From Coniocarpon cinnabarinum (taxonomy: Eukaryota): a DNA stretch of 60,921 nucleotides. Positions 1 to 12,635 of the stretch are shown piece after piece. The position numbers and the translations under genes were made by a program. The first letter of the stretch is position 1. Each line of letters starts with the position of its first letter. The DNA is taken from positions 1 to 60,921 of the forward strand of contig JAVECO010000146.1 in the NCBI GenBank assembly GCA_051942205.1, written 5' to 3'. Under the pieces are notes generated by a model. That model saw only the letters and a program-made list of their open reading frames with translations. It was not told where the DNA came from and searched no databases.

Positions 1-759
1 CCACCTCCCCCACCCCAACGTCCCACCATTCAAACCTCGGGATCTTACTTCCCTCAAGGCGCCACTGCCACTGCCCCAACCTCTCATTCTCACACCCATT
101 CTCATTCCCGCTCCCATTCCACTTCCACCTCCAAAGATGGCGTCATCAACATCGCTATCGACTCCCGCGGCCCCACGCCTCTAACAACTGAGCCTCCTCC
201 TCCGCCTACGTCTGCTCCACCAATGGAATACGCTCCACCGCCTACGAAGTCACCCTCCCTCGGTCGACGCGGTCGCGGCAGTATCTCCGGTCTTAGCGCT
301 CTCACGAGAAGCGACGACAACGGCGGCAGCTTCGCCAGCGGCTGGAAGAAAGTAAAAGAGCGTATGCGCTCTGATAGCAAGAGCAGAGCCAAGAGCCCGC
401 CTCAAGGCGAGAACCCAAGTCCGTACGAGACGCAGCTCCCGCTGTTAGGTCCGCAGATCTCGCCGCCGGTCCCGTACGGTGATTCGCAAGGCCTCATGAA
501 TGTCGAGCGCAGCGTGAGTGGCGGTCTGGGATTGGGGCCTCCATCGGAAAATAGCCACGGTCATGGTTTGGGCCATGGATTTGCGTATAATGCGCCTGTG
601 GGTGTGGGCAGTGTGAGCGGCAATGGCAGCGTTAGTGCCGGTCCGTCTGGCGTCTCGGCTCAGGAGATGAGTGTGAAGGGGAGTCCGCCGCGTTTGGGGG
701 TCATGGGGTATCGGAATCCGATGGAGATTAAGCGTCAGATTGAAGGTGGGATGATCTGA
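1..759 (+). CDS. 3' part of an unidentified Pro/Ser/Gly-rich protein (truncated by the window edge)
   Basis: Frame 1 is open from base 1 (PPPPPQRPTIQ...) to TGA at 757-759 and ends ...RNPMEIKRQIEGGMI. It is low complexity and I recognise no domain. Confidence 0.7.
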   Translation, partial: PPPPPQRPTIQTSGSYFPQGATATAPTSHSHTHSHSRSHSTSTSKDGVINIAIDSRGPTPLTTEPPPPPTSAPPMEYAPPPTKSPSLGRRGRGSISGLSALTRSDDNGGSFASGWKKVKERMRSDSKSRAKSPPQGENPSPYETQLPLLGPQISPPVPYGDSQGLMNVERSVSGGLGLGPPSENSHGHGLGHGFAYNAPVGVGSVSGNGSVSAGPSGVSAQEMSVKGSPPRLGVMGYRNPMEIKRQIEGGMI

Positions 760-1699
760 TTGAATCAACACTCGACTCATGAAGACACTCAATTGGGTTA
801 CAAGAGGAGGACATCGCCATCATTGGAAACTGGCACAAGGGCATTTTGCAACGCCTCTTTCGTTCGTTTATTCACGCACTCGTTCGCTCGGTATTCTTAC
901 GACGTCACGATATTGATTTCAGCATCGCATTGCAATCTGCAGATTTGGACCAAGAAAAGAAACAGCAAGAAGCAGGAGGTTTCCGTCAGTCACGGGATTG
1001 TTGGATTTCCAGTTGCGAGTTTAAGGAGCGTGCTTGCGTTCGGGTTCAATCTACTCTCCACAGGTCATTGCTTGTGCTTGCGCTCGCGGCTATCAGCAAC
1101 GTTGACTCCGAGGCTACTACACTCGCCCCTCTGACGAGATAATCAAGAGCCGGGACAGTCGAAAAGACCTCTCTGACGTTTCTTCCACGGTCGGCCACGC
1201 GGCTAGCACCAGCATCATGATCCACGCATTCTGATACCACATACTTCACTTCACTTCACTTCAAAAGCTACGGAAGGAGACCAGCCGGACTTCTCAGAGA
1301 GCCGCACTTCTCAGAGAGTCCCGAGTCATATCCGCATCCGCATTGCGCTCAACCTCTTTTTCCATTAGATATACCTCGCCTCGCGGCATCATGACGTTAC
1401 GTTTTGTTGGATGGGGTCACGCTCATTGACGTCCTTGGTTGGTTGGTTGGTTGATAGCTAGTCATCTGAATGCCGTCTTCTCTTCTTCAACTCGTCGTCT
1501 TCTGTATGCACGTCTTCTTGGCGTTGCTGCCACTGGTGACAATGCTGTACTTGGCTATGCTCTGCGCGCCTCGATTTCCACATCGTCGCTGAGGATGTAT
1601 TCTGTTCTGAACGCTGGTGACTCAGGTAGTCACGTGTTACTGATGATGCTGTTTGGCAGGATGCGTATAGGTTTTTTCAAGAACCTACGCAAGTCGCTT

Positions 1700-3567
1700 T
1701 CAAGTCGCATCGCCGTTTGCTCCATTCTCCGTCTTGGTCGTGACGGGCGTGTTGGGACCAACATGCGGCGTCGTGTCCAGACCTGTTGCGGCAGTGGGAC
1801 TCTGCTTTCCCGCGACGGGTCCATTCGTAATGCCACCCCTCGCAACTGGTCGTCCACCGCGGCCACGACCCATCGACCCGCCGCGTCCACCGCGAAACCC
1901 CGTCAAGCCGCCACGAGGCTGCTGACTATTCATGCCGCTCCTCGGAACGCCATTCATCCCACCCCGGGGTGCACCATTGACGCTATAACTGGGCGGTGCT
2001 CTCGTCGGATTCTTCAACTCCAGGACTTCGACATTGCCCTGGCCCACTGGGACCGGACTCGCTGCCATGGCCGCGCGGAGATGCTCCGGTTCCGCGAAGT
2101 CAACATAGGCGAAGCCCTTGCGGGTGTCGATCGTGACGTTGGTCACGAAGCCGAAGCGGCGCATAGCGGTTAGGAGCGTGGTGTCGGTGATGCCTTGGGA
2201 GGCGTTGGCGTGTTTGAGGAAGGCGCGTTTGCCGTTGGGATCTTTGGGGGTGTTTCTGGGAGTTCTTGTGGGATTGGAGATGGTGTGGGCTTTGGGAGCC
2301 GTTGGGGGGTGGGCGTTAGGAGGGGCTGAGGGTGTTGTTGATGGAGGGCCGTTGGGCTGGGAAGGAGGCGTGGTCTGAGTTGTCGGAGCGGTGGTATTTG
2401 TGGATGTAGGGGTTTGTGATGTAGCTGGAGGCGCGGCGGGTGGGATGGCATTACCATTCGCCACGGCGTTGTTGAGAGTGGCTTTGCGCACTTCTGGACT
2501 GCGACCGCCTCTTCCTCGAGACGCGGCACGGCCTCTTGTACTCTGAAAGGGCAGATCTCTTTGGAGCATGCGCGCTGCCGCGGTACTGGGCGAGACAGCG
2601 CCAGGTCGACGGCGATCTTGAATACCAGTGCTTCCCTGTGCTGCTCCCGGCTTCGCAGTAATAGCCGGCTGAGCTCGCGGCGACGAGCCCGCACGCTGTT
2701 CACTGCGTGGAGGACTCCGCACGTCTTTCGAAGCAAGCTTCGCAGACGTCTTTGCCGGACTCGGCACTTTACCATCCTTCGCAGCACCAGCATCTCTACT
2801 CGACGTCGGACGCTGATTCTCCGCCTTCTTCTCATCCTGTTGCTGCTTCTCCTGCTTCGCAGTCTTGGCCTTTTCCTTCGCCGCCTTCTTGTCGCGCAAA
2901 TGCTGGATCAGCGGCGTGACGCGCACGGTTTCCCCTTTGACCGTGTCGCTGGCGTCGAGGGCTTTTGGCTTTTGGATGGGCGCCGTCAGGCTCTGGAGGA
3001 AGTCCATGAACTCCGGGTCTTGGTCGATGGTGCCCTGGCGCGCATCGTTGCGGCGCTTAGCGTTGGGGACGCGGCCGTAGATGGCGTACTCGACGTGCGG
3101 CGGTCCCAGAAGAACGACATCATTCTGCGTGCCTTTGGCGTCTATGAACGAGGTCTTGGGCACGAGCTGGGCCAGGACCTGTGCAGACGGCGGGTCGGCC
3201 AGCTGGAGGAAGCAGCGCGCCGGCTTGGAGTATCTTGCTAGACTGGAGACGAGATTGAGCACTGATCAAGCGCGCATTCATACCACAATACTCACTCCTT
3301 CGAGACCTTGCCATTGCGATAGTTCGCCCACGTCACCTTGCCTCTACCCGCCCTCCATTCCTCACCCAGCGCCTTGAAGAACTCGTCCTCTGACAGACCA
3401 GGAGGAAGCCGTCGCACCACGACCTTGGTCCGCTGACCCGAATGACGCGTACTCTGGTTGTTGAACCCGCCTTTGGGCTTCTCAGTGACTGCTGAAATCG
3501 GAAGAAGGCCAGCCTGACCGTCGCGCTTCGCCAGTGTGATCGGGCCTTGTGGCGTATGCGCCGGCAT
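1700..3567 (-). CDS. UPF3: Nonsense-mediated decay factor Upf3 (Smg-4/UPF3 domain) with an RGG-rich region and a C-terminal RRM-like domain
   Basis: Exons are 3567-3296 and 3242-1700, with a GTGAGT...CAG intron at 3295-3243. Motifs KVVVRRLPPGLSEDEF, GKVSKD..KPARCFL, VEYAIY and DARQGTIDQDPEFMDFLQSL match the UPF3 family. Confidence 0.92.
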
Positions 3568-4076
3568 AGTCGCGCGGACTACGCTCGCATCTGGACGTTG
3601 GATCGGGAGCGGTAGATTTGGGGATGTGTTTGAAGGAGGAAAAAGAGTGGAGAGGAGTGTTGGGGAGGAGAGAAAGGAAGGATGCGTGGGAAAGAGCTTT
3701 GAATGTTGAAGGGAGCAGTTGACGGATCAGTGTGACGCAACGCTGCCGAGCCAAAATACAGATTGACAGGACTGTGGACTAGGGTCCCTTACAAGCACCT
3801 CCACCTATTGGCCGTTTAGTCTCGTCTCTATACACTTGCACATTCCGCAATGGTGAGCTATAGATCTTGACGGCCTTGTAGTAAGAACTCCGCAGGAATG
3901 ATTGATATCATGGTTTTCGACTGTCTCTGTCACTGAACGCCCCTCCACAGCTCTGCAAGGCACGCGATACCCACATGAACATCTGAATTTCTCCCTTTTG
4001 AAGCTCCAAAACAGGGCGCATTAGCTGCAATCACCTCTGAAAACGTTCTCTGCCTCCTGAATCCCACTCCGTCACC

Positions 4077-5433
4077 ATGACTTCTCCCGGGAGCGTCCCC
4101 CAGCCCGGCGCCGCCGACCTCCCCCCTCACGCCGGCCCCGACGAATGGCTCGACGCCGCCCGCCACTGCAAATACCTCCCCGAAGCCGACATGAAGCGCC
4201 TCTGCGAGATTGTCAAGGAGTACCTCATGGAGGAGTCCAACATCCAGCCCGTCAGCACGCCCGTCACCGTCTGCGGCGACATCCACGGCCAGTTCTACGA
4301 CCTGCTCGAGCTGTTCAGAGTCGCTGGCGGTATGCCCCCCGGTGACGATAACGAAAGGCAGCCGGGCAATGAGGCGCCCACTGTGCCGACACAGGGCATT
4401 GACGCTGCGGATATTGAGCCGCCGACGACCATCACGGATCCGAAAGTTCGCCGGAAGATGAAACGACGTTTTCAGAAGGACGCGAATTACACGGGGCCCT
4501 CTGATGAGGAATCTGCTGGGTCTGACGAAGACGAGGATACACGCGGTCGCAGTCGCTCGAGAAGTCTCGGCTCGCCTAGCTCTAAAGCCTTCAAAGCCTC
4601 GCTCGACTCCTCCACCGACGTGGGCAGGTCCCCCTCGCAACAACAACCGGCGGGTAACGGCAAGCAGAATTTCGTCTTTCTCGGCGACTTCGTAGATCGA
4701 GGCTACTTCTCCCTCGAAACGTTCACTCTGCTCATGTGCCTCAAAGCCAAGTATCCCGACCGCGTCACACTGGTGAGGGGAAACCACGAGAGCCGGCAAA
4801 TCACACAAGTATACGGGTTTTACGAAGAGTGCCAGACCAAGTATGGCAACGCGAGCGTGTGGAAGAGTTGCTGTCAGGTGTTTGATTTTTTGGCATTAGC
4901 CGCGATTGTGGATGGACGCGTGCTGTGCGTGCATGGGGGATTGAGTCCGGAGATCCGGACGATCGATCAGGTGCGGGTTGTGGCGCGGGCGCAGGAGATT
5001 CCGCATGAAGGCGCATTCTGCGATTTGGTGTGGAGTGATCCTGAAGAGGTTGATACGTGGGCGATTAGTCCTAGAGGGGCGGGGTGGTTGTTTGGGGACA
5101 AGGTGTCGAGTGAGGTGAGTACATGGCCACGTCTCGATTTGCAACATTCATGAAAATACTGATGTGGATGCACAGTTTAACCACGTAAACGGCCTTCAAC
5201 TCATTGCACGAGCACATCAACTGGTCAACGAAGGCTATAAATATCATTTCAACGACAAAGACGTCGTAACAGTATGGTCAGCACCCAACTATTGCTACCG
5301 TTGCGGCAACGTCGCATCCATTATGAACCTCGACGAATCGTTAGACCCGAAGTTCACAATCTTTAGTGCCGTGCCTGACGAGCGGAGAGCTGTCCCGCCG
5401 GGTCGGCAAGGGCGTGGTGAATACTTCTTGTAG
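4077..5433 (+). CDS. SIT4: PP6/Sit4-type Ser/Thr phosphatase catalytic subunit
   Basis: Exons are 4077-5114 and 5176-5433. PPP motifs GDIHGQ, GDFVDRG, RGNHE and SAPNYC are present. [22 protein letters not shown] and [12 protein letters not shown] plus the C-terminal YFL match yeast Sit4. Confidence 0.93.
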
Positions 5434-5703
5434 AAGAAGGAGTCTGTACGATAGAAATGATATTGGGCTATTGTTACATATGGCCCTGTGTGCGACTGCC
5501 CTGATTGTTGCATCTATCTCTTTATCACACTTTTGCAGCTGGGCTCACGTGCAACTGGATATGGCAGTGCGTAAGCAAGATGAGTGGGAAGCAATTCTGG
5601 GAATATCAATGAAGATGTAAGAGACTGTGAAGCGCGATCTATTCAGCCTGCTTTGTCCAAACGTGTCGACATGATCATTATCCATTGCCATATCCTACAA
5701 TCA

Positions 5704-7712
5704 TCACACCCTCACGCCCTTTTCCCTCCACCCATTGGGTCCTCTCCACGCCCACAGCCATAACGCCACAGCAATCCAAGTCGCAACAGCCATGCCCCAA
5801 AACGTGCTCTCGTAGCACTTGTGCCCATAGCATTTGCCGCCATTTCGACTCTGCACGTACTCCTTATCCCCACCTTCCACAACACCCATGCCAATCCTGA
5901 CACCCTCGTCCAACCAACTACCAAGCTTGCTGTCCCAGCCACCTGGCTTTCCGACTCCACTCGCGGCCCATTCATACACCCACGCATACACGATTCCCCA
6001 CACTGCGGAACCAAACGCAGGCGCCGTCGCTACAATTCCCCAATTTGTGCCGAAGTTTTCAACACCCCAGACACAGCTTATGATGATGGGTACGAGGGCA
6101 AAGGCCGCACCATAGCCCGTGCCAATGAGCGCGGAGATGGACCAGAAGCGACCTGCCGCATGATTCTGAACGATGCCGGAAGCGAGGAGGACTTGACCGA
6201 GTGAGAGTAGGAGCGTGGCGGAGACAAGGAGGGTCATGCGAGAGATCTGGAAGCGGCGAGTCGCCGTTTGAGAAACGGGAAGGGAGCCTGTAGAGCGCGC
6301 AAGAGGGTCGAGTGAGGAGACAGAGGACAGGGACGCAGGTCGTTGACGGCTGGTGTGATGTTGGCGTGGAGCAATAGGCCGTGGACCAAGAATGTCAGAG
6401 AGTGTGCCTGAAGCTATCCGAGCGATGGTGGAGGCGATTGCAACAATAGAAACGTGGGTTGCAGGCGATGTCGCTGGCATTTGTTGGGCCATGGTATCGG
6501 TCATTTGAGATGGTGGAGGGTATAGTGTGCCAATGATGGTGCCGAGATTGTTAATGAAGGTTTCGCCGGTGCCCGTAACGAGGAAGAAACCAGCGCTCAG
6601 GAACCACATCGTTGGATCTTGAAGAAAGCGGCGAGTCTCTTCATTGAGCAGCCAGCTCTTCTTCCGACGCTCGTTCGCCTTTCTAGCCTTTCTAGCGATC
6701 CAAGCAGCACGCTCAGCTGTTGTTGGACGGCGATTGTCTGGAACGGTTCCGTAATCTTGCTGCGGATGGAAGAACGCGCTGCCTTCTATCAGTCCGCTAG
6801 CTTCAAGCGATTCCACAGCCTCGTCGATCATCGTTTCTTCGTCCACTATCTTCAACAGGAACATGCCAATGAAGCCGGAAGTAAAGAGCAATGCGCCGAG
6901 AAAGATGAAGTATCGAAAGACGTCCACATCGCCCCGACTACCATCCGGATTTTGCTCGTACAGCAGGTTTGCGCCAACCTGGCTCTGCCACATCCCGCTC
7001 AGCCCAAAGCATGCGATTGGAAGCGCCAGCGCGATGCCCTTGTGCTTCCCTCGTCCGAAGTTCTTAGCACATGTCGTGACTGCCGCCAAGTACAGACAGC
7101 TCGTGCCTGTGCCAACGCCGATGAAGGCCACGACCATGACAGCGAGGGGCCAGCCATCGCCACCGTGCTCCATAGGAGGGCCAGCATTGTAGGTAAACGC
7201 AGCTAGAATGTATCCCGCACCAAAGAGAAACGCCGCGATGAGTGCTAACGGTGGTGGTCCGCGTCTATCCACGAGAAGGCCGAAGAGCGGAACAGGAAGA
7301 TACATGGCGAGTTCGGCCGTAATCGAGACGATGTTGATCTGCGCTTGAGTATATCGAAGTCGCGTCTGCCATAATGGCGCCCACAGACTGAAAGCGGTGA
7401 TTGATCCGCACGAGAGCCTACAGTATGTTTGTCAGCGTCGCCTTCAATACGTAGGACCTTTGGGCCTGAAAAGGCCACGTACGTGCAGACAACAGCCCAG
7501 AAGAAGCTGACATATCGCATCGCCTCGCGCTTCAAGTTTCGATTATCGCGCTCGCGCAGCTCCTCTGCTACCTGCTCCCAGAAAGGCGGCTGAGCGCTGG
7601 ACGCGCCCTCTTCCTCGTCGCCATGCCGTCGCTGCAAGAGAGGCGTGTCCGCGTCGTCGTCTTCGGGATAATCAAGCTTGGCGATGGTGGGCTGGCCATG
7701 ACCAGTGCTCAT
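5704..7712 (-). CDS. MCH1: MFS transporter, Mch1/nodulin-like family
   Basis: Exons are 7712-7483 and 7417-5704, with a GTACGT...TAG intron. The spliced junction reads VCTLSCGSITAFSLWAP. There are many TM segments and the motifs AAVTTCAKNF, GETFINNLG and WGVENFGTNWG. Confidence 0.85.
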
Positions 7713-8327
7713 GGCGACACAGAAGTGTCATGAGTCGGTCAAAGTATGCTGCGAGGCAATGCAATCCTAACCACGCTGCACCGCTGGTTCCTGGAAGATC
7801 AACTGTAAACGCGTCAGTGATTAGGCTCTTCGGCGAAAAAAGGCACGATATCCTGAATGCCTTGGAAGTGAGGCAACATGAACGGCAAACTTAGCGATGA
7901 GCGCAGGTGACGGCAAGGTGTGTTTGGCTTTCGATGTTATCTATACCTACAGTGTGAACCGTCAAAACATGCTGCGTGACCTTCAATGCTTGCCATGAGA
8001 CCGATCAATATCCGCATCCCAGTCACTACCCACTTGCATGGCGGGTCTTGTGACCCTGGTCAAGTGTCTTCGAGCCTATTCAAGGCTCTGTCATGCTGCT
8101 GTACGGCAACACTTGAAAATAGCCTCTTTCTTATGGAGAATAGTATCAAAGCGGCTCGCTGTTTGTTATGCAATCACGTCAGAATTACTTCCCAACGGCC
8201 CGATTCTTCTTTGAAACATAGACGATCCTATGCCCGAAGACACAGCCCTTGCCTCATTTTGTCACACACGCGAAGTGTCACCTCGAACCCACACACGCTA
8301 GTTTCGTATCGTCATCTAATGTATTGA

Positions 8328-10427
8328 TCATACATCTTGTGCCTGTGGTATCATCTCCTCCTCATCATCTGAGACAGAATGGTATGAACCACATCTGCGA
8401 CGTTGCCACCCATCTTGCTGATTTGCAACACTCTCATCAAGCAAGTCCATCGCAGCGTGCCCGGCTGTGTCGTTAATATTTCGGGATGTCTCTGACGACA
8501 CCCTGTTGAGCGCTATAGTAGTGTCATTTGCAAATGGATGACCTGGAGAATGAGGATCGTATGCAAAAGTGGGAAGGTGAAAAAGCCGTTGTGTTTCAGA
8601 ATAAGTATCAGCGGATAGGTGCGTCACATCATTCATGGCAACAAGATCCCTGTTGCTCGCTGCCGAAGTGCCCAGATTCCTGCGTCTGGACATGTGAGTC
8701 CAGTCGTGTCTTAGGGCTGCAAGCGTACTGGCAACAGGTTGGCGTAGAAAGCGTGACGGGCTTGTGGTCTTCAAAGGACCCTCAGTAGAATCATCACTGG
8801 GGACAAGGCTTTGAGAATCGCCTTTCAAATGGACAATTGCTAGCCTGCCCATAATAAAGTGGCTCTCCATTCTAACAAAGCTTGCAAGATACTCGTAGAT
8901 GGCACCCGTCCAGACCAGTACAGCAAGGACCTGGCCAAAAGTCCATTCACTGGGAGCGGTGTCGTCTTTCCCGAGGAAATCAGAGTAATTGTTGAAGAAA
9001 AACCAGAATAAGTACAAGTAAAGACCCACAGCTGTCCAATAGGCTGTAAGAATTGCTAAAGCAGCGATTGAAATAGGCAGACTGAAGATGCGCCTACGTA
9101 TCCGACCAACGGTGGCGTACTTTCGGACATGGTATACGCCAATCTTTTTTGCGGTTGCAAGCACTAGAGGATGTTCTAGCGATCCTGAAATCAGGTCCAA
9201 CAATGTGATGAATGTGACTGTCGACGTCAGACTCATTGTCAACCAGGCTTGCCAAGATATATCATGCTTGGTGTCGAACCATTCTTGACACAATGCTGCA
9301 GGCTTAGCCGATCCACACTGGGCATCAGCAGGCACAAAGTCATCCAGATTATCATGTGCCATTGACCTGTAACAGAGCATAACCATTGTGCATTGTGCTA
9401 TCAAACTAAGCGACATAATGTTCCACGGAAGTCTATTGAAAATTCGAAGCATAGCAAGACACGTTGTGATGGCCAGGCACGCACCGCCGGCCATGAAACT
9501 CAATGACTCACGGGAGTATAGGATGTTGCCAATTGAAGTTGTGCCAATGTCGTTGCGACGATCAATGTACAACATGCCAGCAATCATCACACCAATGGTG
9601 AAAAATGCTTGAGCTTTCTGTAACTCGTGGGTCGCGTCCAGGATAGGTTTCAAATGTGCCCGGGCTCGTCCCTGGACAGACTTGTAATGCGACAAATCGT
9701 GACGAAAGACCAGAGTAGTCAATCGATAGATTCGCCCTATCCAGCACTCACACATTCTTGAATACCAGAAGGTTATCAGCGCAAGTGCAAGTTGCATCAC
9801 ATTCCCGAGGCGGATCTGCACATTAATCAGAATGGAGTGGCTAAAGAGTGCTGTAGGTCTTACGCCAATGCCGAATATATCTGGATTCACATCGAATTCG
9901 TACTCCATCGAACAAATGTTCAAATATCTCCTCGGTTCCGAGGCACTGTTGTCGGCTAAATCGAACCAAGTTGGGTTGCCGTAGCTGCTGAGACAATTCG
10001 CAGTGGTATTATACACCGCATCTCTGATCGTGGAGCTTGCATTTGCGTACCCTGCAGAAGCTGCAATCTGTATGGCAGATGCGGTGAGATTGTTGACTTG
10101 CCACTGTCCGGCAATGTACGGGAACATCTGGCAATTCCACAAGCTTGTACTGCTTTCGAACGCCGTGGACATATTGAGACAGGAAGAAGTGCAATTGTTC
10201 GCCGCGCATGACCTCTCAAAAATAGGAATTGTCGTTTCTAAGCTAATATCTCCCAAGGCATGGGTCTCGTTGACACCAGCATATAAATTAGCACCCTCGA
10301 CTGATAGAAGAGAAGCAAGGTCAGATGAGCTGTTCAATAATAGAACGTCAAGTTGGGCCATAATCTGGAGTGTGGCCAACAACACATCCTTCAATTCTGG
10401 GTGGTGACGGCTTTTTTGAAGGTTCAT
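8328..10427 (-). CDS. Uncharacterised multi-pass membrane protein with a Cys-rich, N-glycosylation-rich N-terminal region
   Basis: 699-codon ORF with a probable in-frame 48-bp intron at 9863-9816 (GTAAGA...CAG). It has about 7 hydrophobic segments and the motifs NPDIFGIG, ELQKAQAFF and WTFGQVLAVLVW, which I recall from a fungal hypothetical membrane family. The start codon is uncertain. Confidence 0.75.
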   Translation of the reverse strand: MNLQKSRHHPELKDVLLATLQIMAQLDVLLLNSSSDLASLLSVEGANLYAGVNETHALGDISLETTIPIFERSCAANNCTSSCLNMSTAFESSTSLWNCQMFPYIAGQWQVNNLTASAIQIAASAGYANASSTIRDAVYNTTANCLSSYGNPTWFDLADNSASEPRRYLNICSMEYEFDVNPDIFGIGVRPTALFSHSILINVQIRLGNVMQLALALITFWYSRMCECWIGRIYRLTTLVFRHDLSHYKSVQGRARAHLKPILDATHELQKAQAFFTIGVMIAGMLYIDRRNDIGTTSIGNILYSRESLSFMAGGACLAITTCLAMLRIFNRLPWNIMSLSLIAQCTMVMLCYRSMAHDNLDDFVPADAQCGSAKPAALCQEWFDTKHDISWQAWLTMSLTSTVTFITLLDLISGSLEHPLVLATAKKIGVYHVRKYATVGRIRRRIFSLPISIAALAILTAYWTAVGLYLYLFWFFFNNYSDFLGKDDTAPSEWTFGQVLAVLVWTGAIYEYLASFVRMESHFIMGRLAIVHLKGDSQSLVPSDDSTEGPLKTTSPSRFLRQPVASTLAALRHDWTHMSRRRNLGTSAASNRDLVAMNDVTHLSADTYSETQRLFHLPTFAYDPHSPGHPFANDTTIALNRVSSETSRNINDTAGHAAMDLLDESVANQQDGWQRRRCGSYHSVSDDEEEMIPQAQDV

Positions 10428-12635
10428 GTCACCTCAGCTCAAGCCGCGTTTCTTCGGTCATACATTCCAGACCATCAGTAGATGAAACAAGCTTATTGGC
10501 TTTTCGGTCAATGTAGAGTACCGTATGCAGGCACAACTTTCCAGCTTTTTCTGGACATGAAAAGCCGCTCTCATTCGTAAAGCGCGATGGCACAATGCAT
10601 CGATTGTAGTCTGCCTGCATGTGCCTACCGTCTTGTAACGTTTCAGACTTGTTTTGCTTTGCTTGTGCTGCCACACTATATGCTGGATGCTGCAGTCAGA
10701 CACGGGGGGTTGGTCAGAGGGGCGTGTGTAACTGCCTGTGTCCAAAGTAACCCTCAACGTGTGAGACACACTGGCTTGGAAATCCAGGCGTGTACAACTC
10801 GCTCGCGAGTCAGCAATAGCCACGGCTGAACCGTGCCAGAGGCCGTATATCGCGAGCGATACGACACGGCTCTCTATCATGGTCCAGTGGTGCAAGACAC
10901 ATCTATATGAATATTGGAGCGGATAATGAGTCAGCGCCTGAGCAATACGCAAAAAATCAAGTAAAACCTGATGTCCACGGAGGCGAAATTATACGCAGCC
11001 GCTTTTTGCGTGTTGATGCCTCGAATGTTGATGTTCGTGTTCAACCCGAGCTAGTGCACAAAGGATGATCGCACCAACGAACCAGCAGTGCCCCACTTTG
11101 TGTGCCCAGCCAGGCAGAAGATGAGTAACTCGAAGTGGTTTCTGACATAAAGCCGAAGGGTTTCAGAGCAATGAAGTAAACGTGCTCGTGATACTGATGT
11201 TTAAACTTCTCTGATTTGATACAAAAGCTATCATAGTTGTCTTCAATGCATATACATGACGTAGGTGCTGTTCTCTGATGAATCTCTGATCATTCGTTAA
11301 AAGACTTCTCCATGTTTGCGGCTCAGTGGATATCAGCATGCTGTACAAGGGCGTCCATGTAAGCCACAAACTTGAACAAGATGCAGTCCCACGTTTCATT
11401 AACAATGGGGATCATGAACATGACGTGGAATTTCTGATGGCCAGTTTGCGTCGCGCTTGTTCCAATTGGGGGGTTTTCGAGTTAAGGTAAGCTGAAGCTC
11501 AAAGGAACATTCGTCTCGGCTATTTGGAACGACTTGAAAACGTATGCTTTGTCATTTCTGACTTGAAGCTCAGGAGCGCGAGGACGACCCCATTCGCCAA
11601 TCAAATTCTCGCTGAAGAATGGGGAGGAGCTGTCTCAACCCACACAGTTGCATCGGTACGAAGGTTAATGCCATCGTCCACTACGATCAGGGAAGTGAGA
11701 CATTATCGCCATAGCACACGCGAGCGCTCTCAAACAGAGTGAATCAAAATTCGCCGTACTAGACAAGACCTAAGGACTTCGCGGATGTCAAAGCTCTCTG
11801 ACTGGTGTCAGTGTCATTGTCGAAAACTGCATTTCGATCTTGGGGACTCGTGAGGCGTAGTCTGGTTAGTTTGGATTTCGTGTAGTGCTGAAGCGGCTTT
11901 AATTATTGAGATGAGGACAAGCAGAGGGAAGTCGCAAGAGGTACACCATTATATATCCTGAGAACGACACTGCTCGCCATCGGACGCTGCGGAGGACACC
12001 TCAAAGCTGCCCTTGCTACATTTTGATCGGCGATGAATTACTTGCCCCTCAAGCATCAATTATTGCGTGACAGGCAAGCAGTCGCATGCATGAGGCGTAG
12101 CTTCATGATGTAGAGCCGAAATTCCCGAGAGACAGGTGATTTCTTATCTTGCCTCTCGAGTTGAGATCAACAAAAGCTTGATAAGCCGCCGATGTTGCCT
12201 TTGTTACCTGTTGAGCGGTCCGTTAGGCACTTCAGGTATACGTCGTATTTGCTTGACTTATGCTGTCCATACACGACGGCATGCCCTGGACAAAGACTCA
12301 TGCCATGTCGCTGATAAATGAAGACCCTTGCACGGATCAGTGCAGGTGCAAAGCCAGCGGTAACACTCGCCAACGATTGTGGAGGTTCACAATCCGCTCG
12401 GAAGCCATCGCAAAGGCCGGTTCGCCGGCATCGCTGAGATCAAGGAAACAGGCGGCCTGGCTACGGAAGGCCGGGCTACGGAGTGATGCGTTTCTGCATC
12501 GCCCAATCTTGGCGAAGCTGACCAGGAGAGCGTTGCAAGCCGTCACACACGGCAACCTCTTTCTTCATCTTAAATTTCCAATTACTTTCAAAATACAGCC
12601 TCCTCATATCACGTTATCATTAGTCAGGACAGCAA

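Noticed and set aside
1439..4808. Long antisense or alternative-frame ORFs over UPF3 and SIT4 (e.g. 1439-2173, 2561-3241, 3930-4808)
   Set aside because: These are the shadow ORFs expected in GC-rich coding DNA and have no independent motifs.
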